A DNA stretch of 64,000 nt, from positions 1 to 64,000 of the forward strand of contig KV454014.1 in assembly GCA_001661245.1 (NCBI GenBank). Direction: 5' to 3'. The DNA comes from Pachysolen tannophilus NRRL Y-2460 (taxonomy: Eukaryota). Both the position numbers and the translations under genes were made by a program. The notes beneath the pieces were generated by a model that was not told the DNA's origin, searched no databases, and worked only from the letters and a program-made list of their open reading frames with translations. This document shows, piece by piece, positions 47,190 to 58,425 of this stretch. How positions within the stretch are numbered: the first letter of the stretch is position 1; each line of letters opens with the position of its first letter.

Positions 47190-48143
47190 TTAGATGACGC
47201 AGTATCCACTAGCGTAGCTGACACTGCTATCATCTACGTCAACAACGCTGCCGCTTTGTGCGTAACCCAACCATTTGAAATTTCCTTGCTTTCCGGAGAT
47301 TCCTTTCAATTTTTTGTATTTTTCAATAATGTTTAATAATACGCCAATAGGTCTTTCACCACAGACTGTATTTCCTGTGTATGCAATGTAATCTTTCCAG
47401 TCTTTATAACTACCTGAGCTTATAACTTTCATTGCTTCTTTATCTAACATTTCGATACTTTTATAAATTGGGAAATTAGAATTTATATTTGAAGAATAAT
47501 TTAAACTAATAATTTTTTTCAAATCACCACCTTTTAAATACGATGTATAGTTAAATCTTGAACCCCAATGACAAAAATCACTACTAATAACAAATGTATT
47601 TGAATTATCTTCAAAAAATGGTAATAAGTAATCAGCTAATTTATTTTCAAAATCCTTTGATGAATGACTTATCATAATTGGAATAATTTTTGGTTTTTGT
47701 GGATTATTTTGAGTCATTCTATAAACAAATGGTAAATGCATCTCAAAACTATGCTCTTCTTCATCAATATCTAATGACATAGTTTTAAAAAAATTTTTAT
47801 CTTTTGAAATAAATTGTTCAACAATTTTAGTATCAACTTCTAAATCACCAAATGGAGTTTGATAATATTCACAATTCGATAACATCACACAATTCTTGAA
47901 AAAGACAAAATGAGAAGGACCCATAATGAAAACTCGTTTCACATTAGAAATATCCCAAGAAGCATAAGTTTCCAGTAAAGTTTGTCCAGCATATGTATAA
48001 CCAGCATGAGGACCAATTAATATTCTATTACCGGGAATCAGTTCCTCTTTAACATTTGATAAAAAATTATCCATTTGACGAGTCAATCTTGATTCACTAG
48101 CATTATACCATGACCCGGCATGGGTAGCTGCTCTTATACTCAT
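47190..48143 (-). CDS. MHO1: MEMO1-family protein
   Basis: RAATHAGSWY, GPHAGY, EEHSFEMH, SSDFCHWG, SSVSYAS. Confidence 0.9.
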   Translation of the reverse strand: MSIRAATHAGSWYNASESRLTRQMDNFLSNVKEELIPGNRILIGPHAGYTYAGQTLLETYASWDISNVKRVFIMGPSHFVFFKNCVMLSNCEYYQTPFGDLEVDTKIVEQFISKDKNFFKTMSLDIDEEEHSFEMHLPFVYRMTQNNPQKPKIIPIMISHSSKDFENKLADYLLPFFEDNSNTFVISSDFCHWGSRFNYTSYLKGGDLKKIISLNYSSNINSNFPIYKSIEMLDKEAMKVISSGSYKDWKDYIAYTGNTVCGERPIGVLLNIIEKYKKLKGISGKQGNFKWLGYAQSGSVVDVDDSSVSYASGYCVI

Positions 48144-48520
48144 TTCAACCTTTTTTAAAAATTAATTTAAATTAATTAATAAAAAGATTATAATAATAAT
48201 TCATCTTATTACTTTACTTTTTTCTTTTACTTTTCACTAATAAAATTTTAATAGTCAAATTTACGAGTTAAGAGAAATAAACCAAAACTTTTTTAAAGAT
48301 GGAATTCAATTATTATTAAGATAATTCACAATTTGTATATATATAAATATAACGGATCTATTCTAAACACGATAATAGATAGAAAAGAAACATATAGACT
48401 ATTTAGCCAGAGAAATAACAAGATCAATATCAATAAAACTTTTTTTTTTTTTTTCTTTTCTTTTCTTTTCTTTTTGAACACCCAGCCTAATTTCCATTAT
48501 CTGTTTTTTTTTTTTTTATC

Positions 48521-49438
48521 TTACTCATCGATTTCGGAATCTGATTCCTCATCTCCCGACACCTGTCTAGTTTCAATTTCTTTTCTTTCCATTAATGCTT
48601 GTAATTCAGCATCTTCAGTTGCAGTAACAGCCTTAGGAGCCATTGTAATGTTACAATTACCACCAGCAGAAGAAATACTTGCAATGATTTTTTCAATTGC
48701 CTTTTCTAACAAATCAATACCTTGTTGTTTATCCAAAGATTGTGTTGTTAAAACGTATAATGGAGCAGCAACTAACTTTGCCTTTATTTGATTATGTTCA
48801 TCGGATAAAGATTCAGCTTCAGTTAAAGCAGCTTTAATTGCATCAATACCTTCATATCCAAAACATGAAACTTCAACATCAGCTCTACATTTTATAGCTT
48901 GTGGAGTCAACCTTCTAGAAACGTATAATTTCAACTCTTCTAATACATCTTTTGAAGGAGGAGTAATATCATCAAATATACTTGGATCAGTAATAGAAAG
49001 TTTAAAAGCATCATAGGCATGTCCATACTTTCTACTCAATGGCCAGCCAATTGATTGATATAATGATTCTAATGGAATCGCAAATTTTTCTGCACAATGT
49101 CTTAAAATCGAATGAACAGCTTTACTCTTATTATATCTTTCTTCACATTTGGCAATATCTTCAGATGAAACTCTTCTCTTTGATAAATCAATATAACCTT
49201 TTTCCTTATCAACTCTCAAGACAACTGCAACTTCATTTTTCCCAACACGAATCAATTTTTGAATCGATCTAATACGTCTTCTAGATAACTCGGAAAGTAA
49301 CACCATACCTTCAATATTATCATACTCCAATAACTTCACATAAGCACCCATCTCAGCAATTTGCTGAACATTAACCATTACCACCTCATCAACTTCCGGG
49401 TACTTGTTCTCATAAAATCTACAGGTAGAAGTACTCAT
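48521..49438 (-). CDS. SUI2: eIF2 alpha
   Basis: CRFYENKYPE, LSELSRRRIRS, KGYIDLSKRR. Confidence 0.97.
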   Translation of the reverse strand: MSTSTCRFYENKYPEVDEVVMVNVQQIAEMGAYVKLLEYDNIEGMVLLSELSRRRIRSIQKLIRVGKNEVAVVLRVDKEKGYIDLSKRRVSSEDIAKCEERYNKSKAVHSILRHCAEKFAIPLESLYQSIGWPLSRKYGHAYDAFKLSITDPSIFDDITPPSKDVLEELKLYVSRRLTPQAIKCRADVEVSCFGYEGIDAIKAALTEAESLSDEHNQIKAKLVAAPLYVLTTQSLDKQQGIDLLEKAIEKIIASISSAGGNCNITMAPKAVTATEDAELQALMERKEIETRQVSGDEESDSEIDE

Positions 49439-49740
49439 CTTTACCTAATATCAATACTTTTCTTCCAACAAATATAATTCTAGAATAAAATAATAATAAA
49501 ATAAAAAAAGTAAAATTAAAATAAAATTTTTCTTCTTCTACTTCTTCTTCTTCTTCTTCAAAAACTTTCTTGGCTTTTTATTCCAGTTTTTTTTTTTTTT
49601 TTTAACTTTTTTTTCTTTTGACCTAAAACTTTACTTTTTTTAAAATCTTCTCAGGTATTTCTAATAACCTTTTCAAATCTTAAAAAAATAATATTTAATC
49701 CTTTCTTCAGCCTATATATTCTCTTAAATTTAAAGACCTT

Positions 49741-49782
49741 TTCTTCTTCTTCTTCTTCTTCTTCTTCTTCTTCTTCTTCTTC
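49741..49782. repeat. (TTC)n microsatellite
   Basis: About 14 TTC units. Confidence 0.85.
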
Positions 49783-49821
49783 TTTATTATTATTATTCAA
49801 CACTTCGTTTCGGTGAAAGTG

Positions 49822-49854
<33 letters not shown>

Positions 49855-49990
49855 TTTAAGGAAACTGGAAAACCAAATTAGGAAGTTTGCAGTTAAGTTG
49901 CCTAATACGTAAATTCATTGCCCAATTAGGAAGTCATATCAGCAGCAGAGGCAGAAGCAGCACCAGCACCAGCAAAAGGATGGATTTTTT

Positions 49991-51173
49991 TTAAATGGTT
50001 GATTTGAAGTTTTGGATCAAGTGGATGGCTTCTTGTAACTCGTTGAGTGCTGTGTCGCAGTCCTCGTATGATAGAGCGCTTATTGCGAACTTGCAGCATT
50101 TTGAAGCTTGCAGTAATAACTCATTTTTCTTTAATTGGTCTTCTATATCTTTCACCGTCATTGGTTCAGAAGTGGTTGGTCCAGAAGTGGTTGGTGAGGA
50201 CGAGTTCAGAGCCGGGGAAGAAGGTGAGAGTGATGATAATCTGGCAACTATAGATGCTGCAGTTTCAGTAATGGGTGAGTTTCCTGAGTTTCCCAGTTGC
50301 GATTTTTTCCACCATTTATCATGTTTTAAATCTACTTCTTTGTGCTCCTCTTTATCAGTTTCTACTTCTTCATCTTCAGTGATATTTGCAATAACTTGTT
50401 CAATTTCCAGTGATGATATTGGTTCATCAATTTGTAAATCATACTTATACATAAACCGAGATATTATGGGATCATTTTCTTTTGTTTTGACAAAATTAGA
50501 GATATTTTCTTGACATTTTGCTATTTTTTCTTCAACTTGGTTTAAAGATATAATCGTAGAATCATTTAAATTTTTGCCCAAAAATAAATCTTTCAAGACA
50601 TTATAATAACAAGTTGTATCAATTAATAACTCCAAGATTTCCCCATTTTCATCACCATTCCCACAAATATTATTACATTTTTCAAAACTTCGTTCCGCAT
50701 AACTGGCTACAAACCTCTCCCCATTAACATCATTATTAATAATCTCTATTGCCCTTAAATCAACAAGATATTGGTTCGATAAGATATATTTCTTAAAAGA
50801 ACCAATTTTCGTTATCAAAGTATCCGCTACAAGCTCAATTTTCTTAATTTCTTCATCTGACCAATAACTCCCTTGCAACGATAACAGCTCCAAAAGAACT
50901 TCAATTGAATATAACCCACCTGAATCAAAAAAAAAGAAAAAAGAATAGTTAGTCTCTTTCTAACTTCTTTGCAAAATTGAAAAGCAAAAAGAAAAAAGTA
51001 AAGTAAAACTCATGTTTCTTTATTAAAAAAAAAAAAGACATACAAAAATAAGCCATTATTGGAGCTTTCTGTTTCAATTTCTTATAATTATCCAAAGGTA
51101 AATTCACCCTTTTCATTAAATGCAGTAACCTCCCACTCATCATCTCTAAAACCACCGAGAAATCCTCATCCAT
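49991..51173 (-). CDS. VTA1: Vta1-like ESCRT cofactor; exons 51173-51044, 50919-49991
   Basis: PIMAYF|CGLYSIE after splicing GTATGT..GACTAAC..CAG; C-terminal KCCKFAISALSYEDCDTA VSL domain. Confidence 0.75.
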
Positions 51174-51650
51174 TAGCTCTTTTCAACAAAATAAATCATC
51201 ATCATTTATATATTAAACTGTTATCTAATCTGAGAGATGAGGTCCACTACCAATTTTCATTACTTGCCAATAATACTGTTCAAAGAGTTGTTAAACGTTG
51301 AACTTTACAAAACTTTTCAATTTTTTATTGTGTCTAATCAGATCTTTGAATCATATCATCTGTTAGCTAATTAAAAGAGGAATGGAATTACTGGTAGTCA
51401 GCTCAAACTGACGAATTGTATTTTTTAGTATTTTTTAGTATTTTTCAATATTATACAGCCTAGATAGAATACACTCTATATACTATATCTCATTAACCGA
51501 TTAAATTAGTAGAACAACAGGATGAATCTAAGAAACGGAAATGAAACAAAAAAAAGAAAAAAATAAAATAGAATTTTTTTTATAAAAAATGAACCTTGGA
51601 ATCAATGAGAAAAGAATAGAAAAAAGATGTAGTATTATAATAAGTTAAAA

Positions 51651-54512
51651 TTAGGCATAAACTTGCTCTTTCGGGGTCAATGAATAGTAACTTGAATTAG
51701 CACTGCTCAGTTTCAAGTTTGTGTCCCGAAGATCTCTGGGATTCTTTAAGCCAGCTGAATCTGGCTTCAGATTACCATTGTGATACGGAGTTGTTTGATA
51801 AGTTGTATTATTGTGCAAGTTTAATAAATTCCTATAATTATGTGATGCTGCTAGGTTGGGACTTGTAGTACCAGCATTTGGTGTAGTTTGTTGTTGATGT
51901 TGCTGATGATTCTCACTATTCATCTTACTCGTATCACTAAATACGGAACTTCCAGAGTTATCTTCAGAGTCAAGGTAACTATTGTATCTTGGAGATGAAC
52001 CAAGTTCACTACTAAACGCAATTGGAGAACTTAAATGACCAGAAGCTGAAGTATTAATAACTGGTAATGGCTTGGCAAAATTTCCACCATTATTAACACG
52101 GCTATTTTCGTTATGACCATTAAAAGTTGAAGTAATTAAAGCAGGTTTATGTAAAGTGGCTGAACCGTCATTGGGATTAGGAGATAATTGTCTAAAAGAT
52201 GAAGATCTTGATCTGACATTACCAAAAGTTGTATTTCTAGGAGTTGACGCAATGGAACCATTATTTGAACCCATGAATTCCAATTCTTCATCTTCTGTAT
52301 CATAAAATTCTGGATATCCAGCTTCCAAATCTTTCTCCTTTGTATAAATTAAACCTTCTTTGAAAACTTCAAAGATACTTCCTGATCCAGTCCAACCATT
52401 TGTCAATTTAAATGAAATCATTTCTTTAAAAACTTGAGTCCAATCATCACCATTCCAATTTTCTTGAATTGAATTATTTATATTTAGTTCAACCAATTTT
52501 ATTGCAGTTATACTATCCAAATATTCTGTATGAGGTAATTGTGGTAATCCAAATAATAAAGATTCCTTTTCTTGACGTTGTGATAAAAATTTTGCAGGTC
52601 TACCATATAATTTAAAAGTATTTAAAATTGGAATCAATAATCTAAACATTGTATCAAATTGTTTTACTGAAGGATGAATTTCAGGAATTAATAAACATAA
52701 TGAAGTTTTTGTTAAATTTATATTCTTTTTATTTGAAAATGAAGATGTTAAAGATTCAACAGATTGTGCTGAAGAAGATCTAATATGAAATTTGCTATTA
52801 TTCAGACTTAAGGACCTGTTTGATTTATTAATAGGTGACATAAACAGATTGCTTCCATTAGCTGCAAGTTTTGAACCAACAGTTTTAAAAGAAGCTAAAC
52901 TGGATGTTGAAGGTTTTTTTGATAATGAATGACCAATAGAATCACCAGAAGTCAATTCGGATAATTTGTCTTGATTTATAATGATATCTCCTGTAATATG
53001 CAATAATCCATTGTTATCTATAAAATCAGGATTTTCTGGATAAACTGTATAACAAGATCTACCATTAACAATCGTTGCCAATAAATTTTTTTTTGTAGTC
53101 TTATTTGAAGTATAAATTTGAATTTTACCAGGTTTAATCCTACTATTCTTCTTTTCTGTATCAGAAGCATCACCATTAGTAGAATTCTTATTACCAGGAG
53201 TAGGAACTCTTAAAGATTTTTCACCTGGGGTAACTACAACAAAACATTTTATCCACTTGTTGTTTAAAAAGGGAAATCTTAAAACACACCATTCTTCTTT
53301 CAGGTGCCTATTTTCTGGAGCTAATAAAGTTCTAATATCACTAAGTAATAATCCTTTTGCAGATAATAAAGCACCTGTAAAACTTTCTTGTAATTGACGG
53401 TATTCAAATTGGGATAATAACAAAGAAGCATAAAATTCTTTCAACTGTAATTCAGAATCAAATCTTAAAAGATATGATTTAGAATTACTCAAGATAACAT
53501 TTAAATCCCAATTATCACCCAAATCATTTAAACTTCTCTCGATATTATCATCAATCAATGGTGATAAGGCATTACCATCATTTGGTCTATAGACAAATTT
53601 TGCATCTGCAATATTAATATACGATGGTTTTAAAGAATCTCCCGGTTGTGTTGTTGCAGTCAAGTCATCTTCAGGTTCCCAAAGAACCAATTCTGTACCG
53701 CTCAATTTTACTTCTACGGTGTACCAAGTTTGAGCAGTAACACCAGACGCAGAATCAGAACCAGCACCAGCACCAACGCTAACGCCAATACCGGTCATCA
53801 CAGGACTAGTAGATTCCAGAGCAGGTATTTTCAAGAGACCATCGTAATAGATCCTGGCCTGTTGTGCCTGGATAAGAGTAATAATTGGTACTAATTCTTT
53901 TGGGATATTTGGATTTTCAATTATCTTGGAAGGATCCGATGATTTTGGTGTGGGCAATGAACCTCCGGAACCCGATGCCGAGCCTAATCCTGAACCTGAT
54001 CCTGAGCCTGATCCTGTAGAATCACCATTACCATTTGCAATTGCCGAGTTAGGAGACCTTCTGCCAGAGTTTGAGCGTTGTCTCAAGAACGAGGTTGGAA
54101 CAGAAGAAATTCTCTTTTGAGCCAGGGCTTTTGAACTAGCAGATTTAAAACCACCTGGAGCCCCACCTGGAGGTGTTGGTTTCCTCACAGATCCATCATG
54201 CTTATTAGTATTGACTGTAGTTGTATTAACCGAAAGTGCTGGTTTGGCCACTGAACTTAACTCTGACCCCAGACGTTTTTCTTGTTCTTGTTCTTCTCGG
54301 GTTTGTATTGCTTGTAACTGTGGCTCATTTTTCACGTTCAAAGGCGGCGGCGGCGGAGGCTGCGACAGCAGCAGCGAGGGCGGAATTTTTACCGCGCTCC
54401 GCCCAGCCCTAGCGGCCGCCCCGGACCTGGCGGACGGTGCTTGTGGTTCAACAATTAATGGTTTTCCATCAGAACCAGACTTTGACCTATTAAATATACT
54501 TTTCAATCTCAT
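51651..54512 (-). CDS. Skg3/Caf120-like PH-domain protein
   Basis: LSGTELVLW, YINIADA, FEYRQLQESFTGALLS, FKLYGRP, SLLFGLP. Confidence 0.7.
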   Translation of the reverse strand: MRLKSIFNRSKSGSDGKPLIVEPQAPSARSGAAARAGRSAVKIPPSLLLSQPPPPPPLNVKNEPQLQAIQTREEQEQEKRLGSELSSVAKPALSVNTTTVNTNKHDGSVRKPTPPGGAPGGFKSASSKALAQKRISSVPTSFLRQRSNSGRRSPNSAIANGNGDSTGSGSGSGSGLGSASGSGGSLPTPKSSDPSKIIENPNIPKELVPIITLIQAQQARIYYDGLLKIPALESTSPVMTGIGVSVGAGAGSDSASGVTAQTWYTVEVKLSGTELVLWEPEDDLTATTQPGDSLKPSYINIADAKFVYRPNDGNALSPLIDDNIERSLNDLGDNWDLNVILSNSKSYLLRFDSELQLKEFYASLLLSQFEYRQLQESFTGALLSAKGLLLSDIRTLLAPENRHLKEEWCVLRFPFLNNKWIKCFVVVTPGEKSLRVPTPGNKNSTNGDASDTEKKNSRIKPGKIQIYTSNKTTKKNLLATIVNGRSCYTVYPENPDFIDNNGLLHITGDIIINQDKLSELTSGDSIGHSLSKKPSTSSLASFKTVGSKLAANGSNLFMSPINKSNRSLSLNNSKFHIRSSSAQSVESLTSSFSNKKNINLTKTSLCLLIPEIHPSVKQFDTMFRLLIPILNTFKLYGRPAKFLSQRQEKESLLFGLPQLPHTEYLDSITAIKLVELNINNSIQENWNGDDWTQVFKEMISFKLTNGWTGSGSIFEVFKEGLIYTKEKDLEAGYPEFYDTEDEELEFMGSNNGSIASTPRNTTFGNVRSRSSSFRQLSPNPNDGSATLHKPALITSTFNGHNENSRVNNGGNFAKPLPVINTSASGHLSSPIAFSSELGSSPRYNSYLDSEDNSGSSVFSDTSKMNSENHQQHQQQTTPNAGTTSPNLAASHNYRNLLNLHNNTTYQTTPYHNGNLKPDSAGLKNPRDLRDTNLKLSSANSSYYSLTPKEQVYA

Positions 54513-54576
54513 ACCCAATTTCACCTTTACAAACAAAAAGAGAGAGACAGAAAAAAAAATAAATAAATAAAATATA

Positions 54577-54611
<35 letters not shown>

Positions 54612-54761
54612 TTATAATGTATAAACTCTGCTAGCCGGAGACAGCGGTGAAGTTTTTTTTTTTCAAAATTTTTCTTTTTTCTTTTTAACAACTAAGCTTT
54701 AACAAAAGAAAGAAGAAAAGATTTAAGAAAAGAAACAATTAATAATTAACTCATATATTCA

Positions 54762-54798
<37 letters not shown>

Positions 54799-55392
54799 GT
54801 ATATATATATATATATATAAAAATATAAAATATATGTATTCTGTAATAGCCTCTCTTTAAAATTGCGCCCAATTAAAAAATAAAAAGGTTCCTTTTCTTA
54901 AACTTGCTTAAATAAACTCTTTCTGTATACGAAAAATAAGAAATCTGTATGGAATTAAATTAGGGATCTTAAAAATATTTTGTTAAGCTTTTCTATATAT
55001 ATTTTTATTTTCTTATTTTATAATCAGCCTGGGGGAGAAGGAGGTCAAGATTAAAACTAAAGAAATTCCCTTTTCTTCAGACATGAAGTAGAGTTTAATT
55101 GATTGTTACGCAATTGTAACATAATGGTAATGAACTCCCATTTCTCATGGCTATGCCGGCCTTAACTTCCTGCGCGGAAACATAAAACGGAAAGGACTAT
55201 GTACTAATTACCTAATAGGGAAAGTACTACAACTACCCATCAGACTTTTTCCAACTGACTTTTTCCAACAGCGGAACTTTTCAGCGGAACTTGTTTTTCC
55301 CCCTGGCAGAGAAAAGATAAAAAATGCTTTTCCTACTTATTGGTTTGACGTATGGTTTTTTTTATCTCCGGTGCTAAGGCAAAGAGTTCACT

Positions 55393-55448
55393 GCTTTAGT
55401 GGTCTCAGTGGTCTCAGTGGCCACTGAGACCACTGAGACCACTAAAGC
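55393..55448. repeat. Perfect 56-bp palindrome built from 9-bp units
   Basis: GCTTTAGTGGTCTCAGTGGTCTCAGTGG|CCACTGAGACCACTGAGACCACTAAAGC. Confidence 0.95.
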
Positions 55449-55875
55449 CCGCCAGCTCTCCTTGGCTATCCTCCTTGACTACTCGCTTTGGCCAACTTGA
55501 GTTTTTCTTTTGCTTAGATTTCTCTTTGCTTAGGGTTTTTTTTTCCCCGCCCTGGGCTTGTCTGCTGAAATACTTGGAAACAATAGGTCAAGTGTGGAGC
55601 GGAACTCGAGGAACTGCTCGGGGGCTGCTTGGGGGTGGAAAAACAGAAAAAGAAAAAGGGCGCCAACCTTTAGTCAGCCCGTAAAATTTCTCCCGTAAGG
55701 TTTCCCGCCAATTTTTATAAATTTTTCCTTCGCTTTTTGAAGGGGAAATTCCGCATCTTTTCCCGCCCAAAAAAAAAAATAAAAGCAAACGCTATAACTT
55801 CTAATAGATATCAGATTAAACTACTTTACTTTACTTTATTTTAATACTTATCTAAAGAAAAGTTCATTCAAGATA

Positions 55876-56618
55876 ATGATTCATTCAGTGCTAATATGTA
55901 AGTTTTTCTTTCCCTTTTACTTTTTTTTTTTTTTTTTAAAAAAAAATTGATTTGATTTACTAACTTGTTGTTCTTGAATTTCACTTTTAGTTAATAATGA
56001 TGGTTTACCTCGTTTATTAAAATTTTATACCCCAGTGGTGAGTAATTTAAAAAAATGATTAATTTTTATTTTATGATACTAATATATTTTTCTTATTATC
56101 TTTAGGATATACCTACACAACAATTATTATTAAAACAAATTCATAAACTTGTAATTGGTAGACCTTCAAATCAATGTTCATTTTTAACTCCTCCTCCATT
56201 ATTAGAAGATGAAAAATATTCAGATTTAAAAATTATTTATAGACATTATGCAACACTTTTCTTTGTATTTGTTGTTGATGAACAAGAATCTGAATTAGGA
56301 ATATTGGATCTTATTCAAGTCTTTGTGGAAGTTTTAGATAAATGTTTTGAAAATGTTTGTGAATTAGATTTAGTATTTGGTTGGCAAGTTTTAGAAACTT
56401 GTCTTGAAGAAATTATTCAAGGTGGTATGGTTACAGATACTACTATAGTGAAAATTGTTAATGCTGTTGATGAAGCTAATAAACAAGTTAAAGCAAGTTC
56501 AAGTAGTGGAATGATAAATTTAGGTGGAAATAATAATCAAGGTCAAAATAGAGGAGTTTTTTCTACAACCAGTCTTTGGAACGCTATGGATAGTAGATTA
56601 AGTGGTTGGGGAAGATAA
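55876..56618 (+). CDS. APS3: AP-3 sigma subunit; exons 55876-55897, 55991-56037, 56106-56618
   Basis: MIHSVLI|FNNDGLPRLLKFYTPV|D..YRHYATLFFVF..ESELGILDLIQVFVEVLDKCF. Confidence 0.92.
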
Positions 56619-56643
56619 AAAAAATTAAACTATATATAAATAT

Positions 56644-57093
56644 TTATTTATTCCATGGTAACCATCCTTTTGATTTTTGCTTTACTTGTAATTCTAATTT
56701 TTCATTTTCTTCTAATTCTAATTTTGATTTAGCAATAGCTTCTCTTTGTTTTATAGCTGCTTGCTCTTTTTCATATTTTTCCTTTGCAACTAATAAACTT
56801 TCTCTTTTAGTACCATCTGGATTTTTTTCCCATGGAGATACTAATGATCCTGTATACCATACAGGATTATCTGAACTAGAAGTTTGTTTAACAATCTTCA
56901 TTAATTCTTCTTGTTCTTTTCTTCTAAGATCTTTATTTTTTTCATATTCTGCTTTTAATTCTGGTGATAATGAAGCTAAAAATTGTTCTTCTGAAGGAGT
57001 GGTGAATTTATATAATAAAACTCCTGTACCTATAATAGAACCACATGCAATAAGTGATCTTTTCCAAAGTAAATAAGTTTGAGACAGTGACAT
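56644..57093 (-). CDS. CBP4: Cytochrome b assembly factor
   Basis: GVLLYKFTTPSEEQFLASLSPELK..DNPVW. Confidence 0.85.
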   Translation of the reverse strand: MSLSQTYLLWKRSLIACGSIIGTGVLLYKFTTPSEEQFLASLSPELKAEYEKNKDLRRKEQEELMKIVKQTSSSDNPVWYTGSLVSPWEKNPDGTKRESLLVAKEKYEKEQAAIKQREAIAKSKLELEENEKLELQVKQKSKGWLPWNK

Positions 57094-57455
57094 ATTAAAA
57101 ATCAATTTATTCTCAAACCTTTTCTATTCAAATTAAAAATAAAAAAAACAAATTTTTGATTCTAAAATGATTAATACTTCTTCCTCGTCTACATGTTTCG
57201 TTAAAAAAAAAAAATCATATAGTTCATTAAATATAAATAAAAAGAATATCAAATGCGGTACGCATTTAGCAAAAAAAGTATTAAAGCAGCGGTGCACCTT
57301 CTAATACGCTTTCTTTTACAAAAAAAGTGGTACACTTTTAGTTTCCACACTTGCGTACCACAATTTTTTTATAATGTGTACGCAAGTGTGTAATAAGATA
57401 TGCGGCCGCGTATGCGTAAAGCGTTGTGCGCACTTGTGTGCGCAGTTTGCAACTA

Positions 57456-57463
57456 TTTGCGCA
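57456..57463 (+). promoter_or_regulatory. Possible Mac1-type copper-response element TTTGCGCA
   Basis: Matches TTTGC(T/G)C(A/G) ~100 bp upstream of a Ctr gene; single copy within a GCGCA-rich patch. Confidence 0.3.
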
Positions 57464-57565
57464 CCGCATTTTTTGTTTATTTCAAAAAATCAATTTAATT
57501 GTATGGTGATGACCCATTATCTTATCAATATTATTATTTCTTTTTTAATTTTTTAATTCCCATCA

Positions 57566-58200
57566 ATGTCAACACCAATGTCAGATATGCCAGATATGCC
57601 ATCTCACCATGATCATGGTGATATGGGGTCCAGTTCTTGTAAGATGAGTGTAAGTTTAAAAGAAAAAAAAAAAGTTGAATGAAACTTAATTTACTTAAAT
57701 TTTTTTTTAAAAAACCCATTTTATTAACATGTAATTTTATAATTTTTTAATTTTTTTGTTTTCTCTATTAGATGTTATTAACTTGGGATTATGAGGATAG
57801 TTGTATTTTATCCTCATCATGGCATATCCATAATACAAGGGATTTATTTTTTTCAATTTTATTTACTATACTGTTAAGTGCTGGTTATGAATTATTTAAA
57901 AAAAAATCACAAATTTATATTACGAAAAATTTTACAATGTCACCTTCTTCTATACCATTAGTTGAAGAAAATTCAAGACTTTTAACAAGACGTCTTCGGG
58001 TATTAAAGTTTTATAGAAGTATTCTTTATGCAATTAGAGTTTTCTATAGTTTTATGTTGATGTTAGTATTTATGAGTTTTAATTGGTGGATCATTTTAAG
58101 TGTTGTCTTTGGTAGTGGGTTAGGTTATTTTTTATTTGAAAATAATTCAGATTTGATTGATGATAAGACAACTGATAGTGGTAGTTTGGCATGCCATTGA
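57566..58200 (+). CDS. Ctr copper transporter (Ctr2-like); exons 57566-57649, 57772-58200
   Basis: Met/His-rich N-terminus, CKMS|MLLTW, MLVFM (MxxxM), GSGLG, C-terminal ACH. Confidence 0.88.
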
Positions 58201-58425
58201 GAACACTTGAATATTAATGAATATTTTCCCACTTTTTCATCTTTCTTTTTTTTTTTTTAGCCTTTTCAATTATAATTTCTTTTCTTTTTTGGGTGTATAG
58301 TTAATTTGATATGATATGATCATTTTATTAATAAAAAAAATTTTTGATCAATTAAATAATTTTTCAGTTTTTTTAATATTCCCATCAAATTGATTATATT
58401 TCCTCAACTTTTCTTTCGTTAATCG

